64,000 nucleotides of DNA, taken from an uncultured Candidatus Actinomarina sp. Its GTDB lineage: Bacteria; Actinomycetota; Acidimicrobiia; Actinomarinales; Actinomarinaceae. A program made the translations under genes and the position numbers. Positions 46,553-56,615 of this stretch are shown one piece after another. Under the pieces are notes generated by a model. That model saw nothing but the letters and a program-made list of their open reading frames with translations. It was not told where the DNA came from and made no database searches. The stretch spans positions 102,193 through 166,192 of the forward strand of contig CACFFJ010000001.1 of NCBI GenBank assembly GCA_902565645.1, given 5' to 3'. The stretch's first letter is position 1. Each line of letters starts with the position of its first letter.

Positions 46553-47409
46553 AATTTACTCGAAATGATAGCAAGATTATTTAATACTATATTTGCTCTT
46601 AAGCCTTTATTAATGTCATCTATAGAATCTTGTAATAATTCGCAATATCTATATTCTTTCTTCCCAAATTCTCCAGCTAACAATAGATTTCTAATTAAAT
46701 ACTCAAAAGAAGTTGAAATAATCCTATTCGAGTTTAATGAATCTTGTTCGTTTTTTATTTTTTGAATACCGTTAAATAATTTTTGAATTTTTATTACTGT
46801 ACGATTTGAATCTTCATCTATAGCTCTTAATGATTCAATATTCTTAATAAAGGCGCTAGGAATATTTGTAAATTCTTCTTCCTCTCTTTTACTAGATTCT
46901 AAAAAATTTATAAAATCTCTTTCTTCAAAGTTAAACTCAACCTCAATATCTGAATCAATAAATATACTTCTGCATCGACTTTTAATAGTTGAGAGAATAC
47001 CTAAAAGTGAATCATCTCTTGCATGGGTCCAAAATTTACCACTTGAAGTCAAAATAAAAATACTTGAATCAGAAGGTTCTTCAAGAGTTTTTAGTAAAGC
47101 ATTTGAAGCTTCTTCAGTAAGTGATTTTACTGGGGGAAAGATGACAACTTTGTATTTTGCCTCTATTGGAACTAAGCCATCTTTGTTTATGACATCTCTT
47201 ATATCGTCAACTCCTAAAGTGTTTACATTTTCTGAAGTAATAATTTTTATATCAGGATGCTCTTTCTTGTCATCTACTCCAAACAATACCTTAGAAGCAA
47301 AAATTGTTGCTTGATTCAATAAATCACTAGATGAATTTCCTAATAACAAATAGGCATGAAAAGGTGACTCTAATTCATTTATTAATTTTTTATTTAGACT
47401 GTCCAACAT
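46549..47409 (-). CDS. holB: DNA polymerase III subunit delta' (divergent, short)
   Basis: 286 aa with AYLLLGN..., ASNALLKTLEEP and the IKSRC sensor motif. It follows tmk as in other Actinobacteria. Confidence 0.75.
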   Translation of the reverse strand: MLDSLNKKLINELESPFHAYLLLGNSSSDLLNQATIFASKVLFGVDDKKEHPDIKIITSENVNTLGVDDIRDVINKDGLVPIEAKYKVVIFPPVKSLTEEASNALLKTLEEPSDSSIFILTSSGKFWTHARDDSLLGILSTIKSRCRSIFIDSDIEVEFNFEERDFINFLESSKREEEEFTNIPSAFIKNIESLRAIDEDSNRTVIKIQKLFNGIQKIKNEQDSLNSNRIISTSFEYLIRNLLLAGEFGKKEYRYCELLQDSIDDINKGLRANIVLNNLAIISSKL

Positions 47410-48001
47410 CTAACCATTCACATATAATTTCTTGATTTTTTGTAAATTCTTTTTCCGCATCAATTATAAGAAACTGATCATGAAATTTTTTAGCTAAGTC
47501 AAGATAACCTTGTCTGGCTCTTTCAAAAAACTCAATTTCGGAACTTCCAATCCTGTCCATGATTCTTTGCCTAGCAAGTGAAATTGTAGGGTCTATGTCT
47601 AATAAAATTATTTTTTCAGGCCAGAATCCATTTAAGGCAACATTGTTAAGCTCGTATATCTTATCAACACCAAGTCCTCTTCCAGCACCTTGATAAGCCA
47701 CCGAAGAAAAAGCGCTTCTGTCGCTAATGACTATAGAGCCTGATTCAATTTCGGGCACTACAACAGTTTCAATTAGTTCCGCCCTGTTTGCAGAAAATAA
47801 AAAAGCTTCGCTAAGGGGAGGAACTTGAAATGCTTTACTCAAGAGAAGCTCTCTTATTCCTTCTCCTAATTTAGTTCCACCAGGTTCACGTACTACTTTA
47901 TATTTCTTCTGTTCTTTATCTAAAATTTCACATAAACCTTCTATAAAACTTGTCTTACCAGAACCATCAATCCCCTCAAAAGCTAAATAATTACAATTCA
48001 T
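47390..48001 (-). CDS. tmk: thymidylate kinase
   Basis: 203 aa with the P-loop FEGIDGSGKTS and a DR(S/Y) motif. Confidence 0.9.
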   Translation of the reverse strand: MNCNYLAFEGIDGSGKTSFIEGLCEILDKEQKKYKVVREPGGTKLGEGIRELLLSKAFQVPPLSEAFLFSANRAELIETVVVPEIESGSIVISDRSAFSSVAYQGAGRGLGVDKIYELNNVALNGFWPEKIILLDIDPTISLARQRIMDRIGSSEIEFFERARQGYLDLAKKFHDQFLIIDAEKEFTKNQEIICEWLDVGQSK

Positions 48002-49329
48002 TCTGGCTCATCCTCTGTTGACCTAAAGTCTAATTTTAGATTATTAAAGTTTGAATTCTCAATTTCAATAGCACTATTTATTTGTTTGTATCCTGAAACT
48101 ATACTTATAGCACCTGATATAAATATTATTATCGCACTACTTTGTAAAACTATTTCAACTCCAGATCCATTAAAGTAGTTGTCTAGGAAATTTGCAATTA
48201 GTCCTGTTGTTAGGAAGGAAACTAGCAAGGCAACCCTCCCAATTGAATAAAAATTTCCAAAAACTCTTCCCCGAAGATCAACCTCAGTAGTAGCTTGAAG
48301 AAAACTTATTGTCAAAAGATAAATGCTCCCTGTGCCAACCCCTGAAAGAAAAATAAAAAATAAAATATAGATAAATTCTGTAGATCTAAATGCAGCAAAT
48401 AAGGCTGCCCCTGTAAGTAGCATGCTGATACCAATTACAAAACTTACTCTAGAAAAAGACGAAACAAAGTAATTGACGATAGCCATGCTAAATAATATAC
48501 CTAACCCAAAAGCTGCAATCATAAAACCAAAGGAGCTTTCTGAAAATCCAAGATCGACAGTTAGGAATGTATAGCCAAGAATAAATAGTGCGCCTGCAGC
48601 AAATAAACTTAACGATATAGATATTGCAATATTTCTAATTGAAGGAGTTTTGAAAAAGTAGCTTAAGCCTTCCTTAAATTCACTATAACTAAAGACTTCG
48701 CTTCTACTAGAATTCTTATGTTTTTCAGATTTAAGAAAAACGAGTATGTATGAAGACAATAAAAATGTAAGAGAATCAAAAATAAATATAACAGAACCGC
48801 TCCAGCCATTTCCATAATTTAATATAGAATCAGAAATTTTAAAATCACTAACTACTCCTAACATTATTGATGCAATAGGCAGTGTTGCGTAGGTTCCAAT
48901 AGCAAAAAGAGAATTAGCCTTTACTAAATTTCTTTTTTCTACAACCTCAGGAACAACCGCTTCTCTGGATGGTTGTCGAATTAAAGAAAATATTTCTGAT
49001 ATAAAATTTATTACAAATAAAAATATTAAGTTGTCTGCAAAAAACAAAAGAAATACGACAACCATCCTTATTAGATCACAAAAAATCATAATATTTTTTT
49101 TGTTGAATTTATCTGCAATTAGGCCAGCAAATGAAGAGAGAAAAGCAGGAATTATTCTTGCTACTAGTGGCACAACAGCTGTTATTTCAGAATTTCCTTC
49201 AGTAGTGCCAATTTGACTAGCTAAAGCAACAGAGGCAAATAATGTAGCCCAATCTCCAAAGCTTGAAAGCGAACCTGACCACCACAAAATTGAAAATTGT
49301 GATCTTGAAAAAATCTTTAATGAATTCAT
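47998..49329 (-). CDS. MFS transporter (EntS/MFS_3-like)
   Basis: 443 aa with about 12 TM segments and N-terminus FSILWWSGSLSSFGDW. Confidence 0.75.
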   Translation of the reverse strand: MNSLKIFSRSQFSILWWSGSLSSFGDWATLFASVALASQIGTTEGNSEITAVVPLVARIIPAFLSSFAGLIADKFNKKNIMIFCDLIRMVVVFLLFFADNLIFLFVINFISEIFSLIRQPSREAVVPEVVEKRNLVKANSLFAIGTYATLPIASIMLGVVSDFKISDSILNYGNGWSGSVIFIFDSLTFLLSSYILVFLKSEKHKNSSRSEVFSYSEFKEGLSYFFKTPSIRNIAISISLSLFAAGALFILGYTFLTVDLGFSESSFGFMIAAFGLGILFSMAIVNYFVSSFSRVSFVIGISMLLTGAALFAAFRSTEFIYILFFIFLSGVGTGSIYLLTISFLQATTEVDLRGRVFGNFYSIGRVALLVSFLTTGLIANFLDNYFNGSGVEIVLQSSAIIIFISGAISIVSGYKQINSAIEIENSNFNNLKLDFRSTEDEPE

Positions 49330-49415
49330 TACTCTTTACCTATAATAAATCGAATTTAAAATACTTTTTTTTTAAAAGCTGTACATATTTAAAAAATAGT
49401 GTTATCAATAAGGAC

Positions 49416-51185
49416 ATGTCAAAACCTTTAGTAATTGTAGAGTCTCCTACGAAAGTAAAGACTATATCAAAAATACTTGGGTCTGAATATATAGTTAAAT
49501 CAAGTGTTGGGCATATTAGAGATTTACCAAGAAACACAAAATCTATTCCTGCTGAATATAAGGATAAAGAAATATATTGGGGAGCTGTAAAACCTAAAGA
49601 TTTTGAAAACATCTATGTTATTCCCGAAGATAGAAAAAAAGTAGTTAAAGAGCTAAGAGATTTAGCAGATAAAGCTCCGGAAGTATACTTAGCAACAGAC
49701 GATGATAGAGAAGGAGAAGCTATTGCCTATCATCTGAAAGAGGCTCTTGAACTTAAAAAAGAACCTAAAAGAATCAAATTTAACGAAATAACCGAACCTG
49801 CAGTGTTGAACGCAATAGAGAATCCTGAAATTATTGATATAGGAAAATTTAAATCTTATGAAGCAAGGAGAACTCTTGATCGAATGATTGGATATGAAAT
49901 ATCACCAAAATTAAGAGACCTTGGTGGTGCTTTTATATCAACAGGAAGAGTCCAAGGCCCTGCTATAAGACTCATTGTCGAAAAAGAAGAAGAAAGATTA
50001 AGTTTTGTTAAATCAAAATATTTCGAAATAGACGCAACTTGCAAAACTTCAGATATTGAATTTCTTGCAGATCTAAAAAGTGTAAAAGGAAATAAAATTG
50101 CTTCTTCAAAAGATTTTGATAAAAATGGAAAAAAAATAAATAAGGATAGAGAATACATTACAGAAAAAGACTGTAATCAAATATTAGACATACTGAATAA
50201 TGGTTCAGCTAAAACATCTAAGATAAAAGAAACACCAAGAAGTGGTAAGCCTCCTAAGCCTCTAAAAACGACAAGCCTTCAATCTTCAGCAAGAAACAAT
50301 CTCGGATTTCAACCAAGAAAAACTATGAGTGTAGCTCAAAAGCTCTATCAAGAAGGATTAATAACATATATGAGAACAGATTCAATCCGACTTTCAGAAA
50401 CTGCTATTAAAGCATCCAGAGAATATATATCTGAAAACTTTACAAATGATCACCTACCAAGTGAGCCAAATTTCTATGGAGATAGTAAGAATGCACAAGC
50501 AGCACACGAAGCTATAAGGCCGTCTGGAGACAGTTTTACAGAACCAAAAGAACTATTAGGAAAATATAAAGAAGATAGTGATGAATTTAAACTCTATTCT
50601 TTAATTTTTAATATCACTGTAGCCTCACAAATGACGGAAGCAAAGGGAATAACAAAGAGCATTGAAATAGAAATACAAGATGACACTTTTGGACCAATTG
50701 TTCTTGGAATTTCTGGAACAACTTGGACTTTTGGAGGATATCGAGATTTAATTAAAGACTTAAGTGAAAAATCTCAAGAATTACCAGATTTAAAAGAGGG
50801 TGATCTAGTAAATATAATAAGCTCCAATTCAGAAGAAAAATTTACAACGCCTCCAAATAGATATTCCTCCACTTCACTAATAAATAAACTTGAAGAGCTA
50901 GGCATAGGCAGGCCATCAACTTATGTTTCTATTATTGAAAGCATTACTTCTGTATTTATAAATTCTGAATCTAGTTTGAAGCCAAGAATTCTTGCTATTG
51001 CAATGATTAATAATTTTATGAAGCCTTACTTTGATTTGTATATAGATTATGAATTTTCAAAACTAATGGAAGATGAGTTAGATAAAATACTTGAAAGTAA
51101 GAATCCAGAAGAAGCAAAAATTAAATTTCTTGAAGAATCATATGAGAAAATAAAAAAACATATTGAAGGGTATGAAAATGCCTGA
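49416..51185 (+). CDS. topA: DNA topoisomerase I, Toprim plus catalytic core (domains D1-D4) only
   Basis: MSKPLVIVESPTKVKTI (Toprim), DDDREGE, and the active-site Tyr context ITYMRTDS. The ORF stops right after the core (…KKHIEGYENA*). The start is set at the ATG at 49416 by homology. Confidence 0.9.
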   Translation: MSKPLVIVESPTKVKTISKILGSEYIVKSSVGHIRDLPRNTKSIPAEYKDKEIYWGAVKPKDFENIYVIPEDRKKVVKELRDLADKAPEVYLATDDDREGEAIAYHLKEALELKKEPKRIKFNEITEPAVLNAIENPEIIDIGKFKSYEARRTLDRMIGYEISPKLRDLGGAFISTGRVQGPAIRLIVEKEEERLSFVKSKYFEIDATCKTSDIEFLADLKSVKGNKIASSKDFDKNGKKINKDREYITEKDCNQILDILNNGSAKTSKIKETPRSGKPPKPLKTTSLQSSARNNLGFQPRKTMSVAQKLYQEGLITYMRTDSIRLSETAIKASREYISENFTNDHLPSEPNFYGDSKNAQAAHEAIRPSGDSFTEPKELLGKYKEDSDEFKLYSLIFNITVASQMTEAKGITKSIEIEIQDDTFGPIVLGISGTTWTFGGYRDLIKDLSEKSQELPDLKEGDLVNIISSNSEEKFTTPPNRYSSTSLINKLEELGIGRPSTYVSIIESITSVFINSESSLKPRILAIAMINNFMKPYFDLYIDYEFSKLMEDELDKILESKNPEEAKIKFLEESYEKIKKHIEGYENA

Positions 51186-52104
51186 TCCAGTAAAACTAAC
51201 TTCTATTCCCTTACCTTTTGATTCACCATATGTTATAAAAACAGGAAGAATTCAAGGAAGAATACCTTATCCTTATCTCTTAAGAAATGATGATTTTAAG
51301 ATTGGACTACCTCCTGAAATTACAATAGAAGAAATCACTAAAGAGCTAATTGAAGATCTTGAAAAAAAACAGGAAGAAAGTTTAAGTAAAGAGCGTATCA
51401 TATGTGAATGCTCTGAGTGTGGTACTTCAATATATATCAAGTTAGGACCAAATGGAGGTTTTTACATCCAACATGGAGTTAAAGAAAAAGGAGTTAGACA
51501 AGATAAATGTATCTATAAAAATATGATTGGACCTATTTTTGAAGATGAAGACCCAGATAGCCTAACACCAGAAAATGCAATAGAAAGATTTTCTTTATCT
51601 GCAAAAAATCCAAGACATATAGTAACAGATAACGGTTGGGACTATATGACTGCAGTTGGTCCTTATGGCGGTTACTCCATGAAGCAAAGAAATAGGCAAG
51701 TTTTTGATATTGATTTCTTAAAAGGTTTAAAAAAGAATGAAATCTTTGAATTAATAGAAGAAGATAAATCCCAAAGAATTATAGAAATATTAGATAATGA
51801 AAATAAGAAAATACCTAAAAGCAGCACTAAAGAAAAAATTATAGATTCAATTGGTGTTGTTTTTGAGATAAATGAAAAAACAATAAAAAAATTATCTAAG
51901 GATGAATTAATAGAACTTTCAAAATTACTTGAAATAGTCCTCTATAGGGGAAGATTTAGAATGAAAGCAGAAGATGCAACTAAAGACAACCTAATAAATA
52001 AAATTGTTACTGAAAAAAAGAACAAGCCGTTAGAAAGCCCGAGAGACGCTTTAACTATAAGTCCTGATGAAATACTTAATTTATTTGGAGACGCTCAAGA
52101 ATAA
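51178..52104 (+). CDS. topA: topoisomerase I C-terminal-domain ORF (separate frame from the core)
   Basis: 308-313 aa with three G-x-x-G-(P/F)-Y-type repeats (KTGRIQGRIPYPY, KLGPNGGFYIQHG, AVGPYGGYSMKQ), one with a Cys cluster (CECSECG). ATG 51178 overlaps the core stop (ATGCCTGA). The track start is TTG 51163. Confidence 0.75.
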   Translation: MPDPVKLTSIPLPFDSPYVIKTGRIQGRIPYPYLLRNDDFKIGLPPEITIEEITKELIEDLEKKQEESLSKERIICECSECGTSIYIKLGPNGGFYIQHGVKEKGVRQDKCIYKNMIGPIFEDEDPDSLTPENAIERFSLSAKNPRHIVTDNGWDYMTAVGPYGGYSMKQRNRQVFDIDFLKGLKKNEIFELIEEDKSQRIIEILDNENKKIPKSSTKEKIIDSIGVVFEINEKTIKKLSKDELIELSKLLEIVLYRGRFRMKAEDATKDNLINKIVTEKKNKPLESPRDALTISPDEILNLFGDAQE

Positions 52105-52114
52105 GGTTAAATAT

Positions 52115-53185
52115 TTAAATAAAATTTGATTCAAGTTTATTAATTGACTTATCCCAATTGTAATTTTCCTCAACAAATTTTTTATTTGCTCTACCAAATT
52201 CTTCAATTTTTTCAGGATTATTTATGAAATATAAAATTGCCTCCTTCAAAAGCTTTGGAGAACTAACTACAAATCCACTTCTACCTGGAAGGATGGTCTC
52301 TACTGAACCACCTGAAGCTCCTACTATAACAGGCAAACCATAAGTGCCTGCTTCAAGGTAAACCAAGCCAAGACCTTCAAACTCAATTCCAAAATACTTT
52401 GACGTAGAAGGCATCGCAAAAATATCTATTGATTTATAAAATTCACTGTTTCCCTCTCCGTCTAAATCATCAAAAAAAGTTACTTCCGCAGAAGTAATGC
52501 CCGCTAATTTTTTTAAATAATTTTCCTGCTTACCAAAACCTAAAATATTTAACTTTATTTCATGCCCTTCTTGACTTATTTCATGAGCTGCATCAATAAG
52601 CCAATTTATTTTTTTTCTTGAAACAAATCGACTTACTACTCCAACAGTTATTGCTCCTTCTGTCTTATAATCTTTTTCAAAATCTTCTATATCAGCTCCT
52701 GCACCAACATTTATTACTTCAGTTGAAGTTATGTCAATTAATTTTTTACGAGAGAATTCACTTACAGTAAATACCTTATTTAAATTGTTAAGATTTCTTT
52801 TCAAAATTGTTCTAACCAATGGAATATAATTTAAAATATTAAATTCTGCTCCATGGCATATCATGTATTGTGGAATTTTCATGTGACGTGGTTGGTCTGG
52901 AAGTTCTAAATTTGTTAATTTATTTACAAACAAAAAATTTGGATTACTTGAACCGTGAAGAATTAAGTTTATATCTTTTTCAATAACAATTTTCTGTACT
53001 TCTTCTAAAACAATTTTAGGATTAAATATGAATTTCTCATTTGAGTTAATTACATTTTCCCCTGTAGCCCAATTTGGAGCATAGATAGTTAAATTTGAAT
53101 CGAGATTTTCTGAGAGCTTCGTAAGGTAAGTTGTAATTCCACCTTTTTTTGGTGTCCAATCGTTTGTTATCAATAATATATTCAT
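52115..53185 (-). CDS. glycosyltransferase family 4 (GT-B, group 1)
   Basis: 356 aa with the C-terminal E-x7-E-like region (FGIEFEGLGLVYLEAGTYGLPVI). Confidence 0.75.
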   Translation of the reverse strand: MNILLITNDWTPKKGGITTYLTKLSENLDSNLTIYAPNWATGENVINSNEKFIFNPKIVLEEVQKIVIEKDINLILHGSSNPNFLFVNKLTNLELPDQPRHMKIPQYMICHGAEFNILNYIPLVRTILKRNLNNLNKVFTVSEFSRKKLIDITSTEVINVGAGADIEDFEKDYKTEGAITVGVVSRFVSRKKINWLIDAAHEISQEGHEIKLNILGFGKQENYLKKLAGITSAEVTFFDDLDGEGNSEFYKSIDIFAMPSTSKYFGIEFEGLGLVYLEAGTYGLPVIVGASGGSVETILPGRSGFVVSSPKLLKEAILYFINNPEKIEEFGRANKKFVEENYNWDKSINKLESNFI

Positions 53186-53231
53186 AAACTCTTTGAATAA
53201 TATTATACGTATAAAGTAAAAATGTACTTAG

Positions 53232-55271
53232 TTAAAATGCCGAAGCAAATATTAAGCTAACAATAGTCATTACTTTTATAACTATATTCATTGCAGGACC
53301 GGAAGTGTCTTTAAATGGATCTCCGATTGTATCTCCAATTACAGCAGCTTTATGTTCATCAGAACCTTTACCTGCTCCACCTCCTGCTTCAATATATTTT
53401 TTGGCATTATCCCAAGCTCCTCCTGAGTTAGCCATAAATATTGCTAACAAGAAGCCTGTTACAAGTGAACCTGCTAAGAATCCGCCTAAGGCTTCTTTAT
53501 TCCAAAATCCAATAACCAGTGGTAAGGCTATAGCTAAACCTCCTGGAAGCAACATTTCTTTTAAAGCAGCAGAAGTTGCTATGTCTACACAAGTTGTGTA
53601 GTCGGGCTTTGCTCCTTCTTTGCCTTCTCTAAGGCCTGGAATTTCTTTAAACTGTCTTCTAACCTCTTCAATCATTTTAAATGCAGCCCTTCCCACAGCA
53701 TTTATTGTCATAGCTGCAAAAAGAAAAGGAAACATTCCGCCCAAGAATAACCCTGCAGTAACCTCTACCTTGGTTATATTTAAACCAATATCACTTAAGC
53801 CTGCACTTTGAACAAAGGCTGAAAATAAGGCTAAAGCAGTGACTGCTGCTGAACCAATTGCAAATCCTTTAGCGATTGCAGCTGTTGTGTTTCCAAGTGA
53901 ATCTAATTCATCAGTAGCTTCCCTGACTTCTGGAGGAAGGTGGGCCATCTCAGCAATGCCTCCGGCATTATCAGCTATCGGTCCATAAGCATCAACAGCA
54001 ACTGTGATCCCCAAGGTAGCCAGAACACCTATTGCAGCTATCGCAATACCATAAATTCCACCACCAGATCCTAAAGCCCAATCACCAGCTGTATAAGCTC
54101 CTCCGATGCCAAAAACTACAACTATCACTGAAAAAGCTGCTGACCTCATCCCTTCAGAGATTCCAGATAAAACAAGTGTCGCAGGACCTGTTTTTGCTTG
54201 GTCCGCTATATTTTTTACAATTGAATAATGATCAGATGTAAACCATTCTGAGATTTGACCAACAAGTAAGCCCACTGCAAGACCAATAATTACAGCAAAA
54301 AATAGCCCTACAGAATTTTCAGTATATGAAGAAAACATATTTTGACTTAGAAAGTAGACGCCTAAGGTTGTCAAAGCTGCAGCACTATAAGTCCCCCTGT
54401 GTAAAGCTTGAGCTAATTTTCCTTCTTTTGGAACAACAAGAAAAGAGGAAACAATTGATGCCCCCATTCCAATAGTTCCAACAGCTAATGGAAAAAATAA
54501 CAATGATGGTAAAACTGCTTGCCCACTAAACACAATTGCTGCATATGCAAGAGGAGCAACTAGTGACCCTACATAACTTTCAAAAAGATCGGCTCCCATT
54601 CCTGCAACATCTCCAACATTATCCCCAACATTATCAGCAATAGTTGCCGGGTTTCTTGGGTCATCTTCTGGTATGCCTGCTTCAACTTTTCCAACTAAGT
54701 CAGCACCTACGTCAGCAGCTTTTGTATAAATTCCTCCACCAACTCTAGCAAAAAGAGCAATTGAAGAACCTCCAAGACCGATAGCTGCTAAAACATCATA
54801 TCCATTTGGGAGACCAAGTATATCAATAAATATCCAGTATCCAGCTGCTACACCAAGCAATCCTAGCCCTGCAACTGTAAAGCCCATAACAGCTCCTCCC
54901 CTAAAGGCAACGGGAAGAGCTTTAAGGGTTCCCCCATCTCTTGCTGCTTCAGCTGTTCTTCCGTTAGCTGCTGTTGCAATTCTCATTCCAATAAATCCAG
55001 CAAGTGAAGAAAGCAAAGCACCGGCTACAAATGCTACTGAACCCCATGGATATCCCCATTCAGTTAATGTAGAGATTAAGACAGCCAATACAACAACAAA
55101 AACACTAATCCATGAGTACATTCTCTTTAGGAAAGCCATAGACCCTTCTCTTATAGAAGAAGAGAGCTCTTCAACTTTACTGTCAGTAACTTTTATTGAT
55201 AAAACCTTGTTCGCATAATAAGCTGCCAAAGCTAAACCAAGCAATGCAGCAATAATTGAGTTTGTTAACAT
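53232..55271 (-). CDS. hppA: membrane-integral pyrophosphatase (K+-dependent type signature)
   Basis: 679 aa with DNVGDNVGD, GDTIGDPFKDTSGPAMN and GNTTAAIAKG. The Ala at the K+-dependence position is discussed under the finding at 53232..56559. Confidence 0.9.
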   Translation of the reverse strand: MLTNSIIAALLGLALAAYYANKVLSIKVTDSKVEELSSSIREGSMAFLKRMYSWISVFVVVLAVLISTLTEWGYPWGSVAFVAGALLSSLAGFIGMRIATAANGRTAEAARDGGTLKALPVAFRGGAVMGFTVAGLGLLGVAAGYWIFIDILGLPNGYDVLAAIGLGGSSIALFARVGGGIYTKAADVGADLVGKVEAGIPEDDPRNPATIADNVGDNVGDVAGMGADLFESYVGSLVAPLAYAAIVFSGQAVLPSLLFFPLAVGTIGMGASIVSSFLVVPKEGKLAQALHRGTYSAAALTTLGVYFLSQNMFSSYTENSVGLFFAVIIGLAVGLLVGQISEWFTSDHYSIVKNIADQAKTGPATLVLSGISEGMRSAAFSVIVVVFGIGGAYTAGDWALGSGGGIYGIAIAAIGVLATLGITVAVDAYGPIADNAGGIAEMAHLPPEVREATDELDSLGNTTAAIAKGFAIGSAAVTALALFSAFVQSAGLSDIGLNITKVEVTAGLFLGGMFPFLFAAMTINAVGRAAFKMIEEVRRQFKEIPGLREGKEGAKPDYTTCVDIATSAALKEMLLPGGLAIALPLVIGFWNKEALGGFLAGSLVTGFLLAIFMANSGGAWDNAKKYIEAGGGAGKGSDEHKAAVIGDTIGDPFKDTSGPAMNIVIKVMTIVSLIFASAF

Positions 55272-55341
55272 TTATTATTCTCCCTTAATAATATTGACCC
55301 ATAATATGATAGTAAAAATCTAATATATTATGTCTATTTTA

Positions 55342-56559
55342 TCACTCAACTACTGGCGACTCAAAGCGATCATCATCTTGTGGTTTTTTAGCGGATTTTT
55401 TTAAGATTCTATTAAGTAAAATTGGAGCAATAATCGTTGTGTTAATTATCATCCAAATGATTATTGCAATTATCTCTTCACTTATTACAGGGTAAGCACC
55501 AACAACTGCAACAAAAATTAAACCTACCTCTCCCCTTGGAGCCATACCAATCCCGATTACGGAGGTGTTCATTCCTTTTCCAATCGCTCCAATTGCTGAA
55601 ACATATTTCCCAATAAAAGCTAAGAAGCTAATTAATAAGCCTAGTAAAAATATATCTAAGGATGCAAGAATAGTGATATTGACCTTTGAACCTATATAAA
55701 CAAAAAATACGGGGACTAAAAGAAAATTAATATTTTTCATTTCGTCTCTTATTCTGGTGGTCATGTTTGCTTCACCAGCTAATACTCCTCCTGCAAAAGC
55801 ACCCACTATTGGGTGCAGGCCAACTGAATGTGCTGCAGCACCTAACCCCATTGCAAAAATAAAACAACCTGTAACAAATGTTCCTGGTGAAGGTATTTTT
55901 ACAAAAAAGTTAAATATTGAAGGTGAAAGTTTTCTTCCTAGAAAAACAGTAAGAAGTAAGAAACCTATAGCTTTGACTGTAATTATTCCAAGGTCTTGAA
56001 CTGAAAAATTTCCATTATTACCGAGTAATCCTGCAAGAGCAGAAAGAATTAGTAAACCTATGATATCATCAACCACTGCTGCTCCAATAATGGTTTTGGC
56101 TTCTTTAGTTTTTAATGCTCCCAAATCTCCAAATACTCTTGCTGTTATACCAACTGAAGTTGCAGTCATTGCAGCCCCAACAAATAATGCAGTTTCAAAT
56201 TGGAAATCTCCTCCAAGATTTAATGCATAAACTGAACCATAACCTAAGGCAAAAGGAGCTATCACTCCAATTAATGCAACAAACAATGAAGTAGAGCCTA
56301 ACTCAACAAACTCTTTCAAGTCAGTTTCTAAACCAACCTCAAAAAGTAAAAGAATAATTCCTATCTCTGCCAAAGTTGAAATAACACCTCCATCTTCAGC
56401 GTATGATAAAAGACCTAGCGCGTAGTAACCAATTACTATACCTGCAATTAATTCACCAATAACAGCTGGTTGGTTGATTCTTCTCATTAATTCTGCGCCT
56501 GTTTTCGCTGCAATAAGTATTATTACAATCTCTAAAAGGTTCTCAATTATTAAGTCCAC
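55342..56559 (-). CDS. monovalent cation:proton antiporter (CPA2 / Kef-NapA-like membrane domain)
   Basis: 405 aa with about 12 TM segments and a typical Na_H_Exchanger pattern (GAELMRRINQPAVIGELIAGI). Confidence 0.75.
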   Translation of the reverse strand: MDLIIENLLEIVIILIAAKTGAELMRRINQPAVIGELIAGIVIGYYALGLLSYAEDGGVISTLAEIGIILLLFEVGLETDLKEFVELGSTSLFVALIGVIAPFALGYGSVYALNLGGDFQFETALFVGAAMTATSVGITARVFGDLGALKTKEAKTIIGAAVVDDIIGLLILSALAGLLGNNGNFSVQDLGIITVKAIGFLLLTVFLGRKLSPSIFNFFVKIPSPGTFVTGCFIFAMGLGAAAHSVGLHPIVGAFAGGVLAGEANMTTRIRDEMKNINFLLVPVFFVYIGSKVNITILASLDIFLLGLLISFLAFIGKYVSAIGAIGKGMNTSVIGIGMAPRGEVGLIFVAVVGAYPVISEEIIAIIIWMIINTTIIAPILLNRILKKSAKKPQDDDRFESPVVE

Positions 56560-56615
56560 ATATTAATAATAAATTTTTTATGTTTAAATGATGAAGAATT
56601 TAGTAAATTTAATAT

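Noticed and set aside
49263-49415. A 51-codon N-terminal extension of the topA ORF overlapping the MFS gene start.
   Set aside because: TopA homology starts at MSKPLVIVESPTK (ATG 49416). The extension covers the divergent promoter region and the start of the opposite gene.
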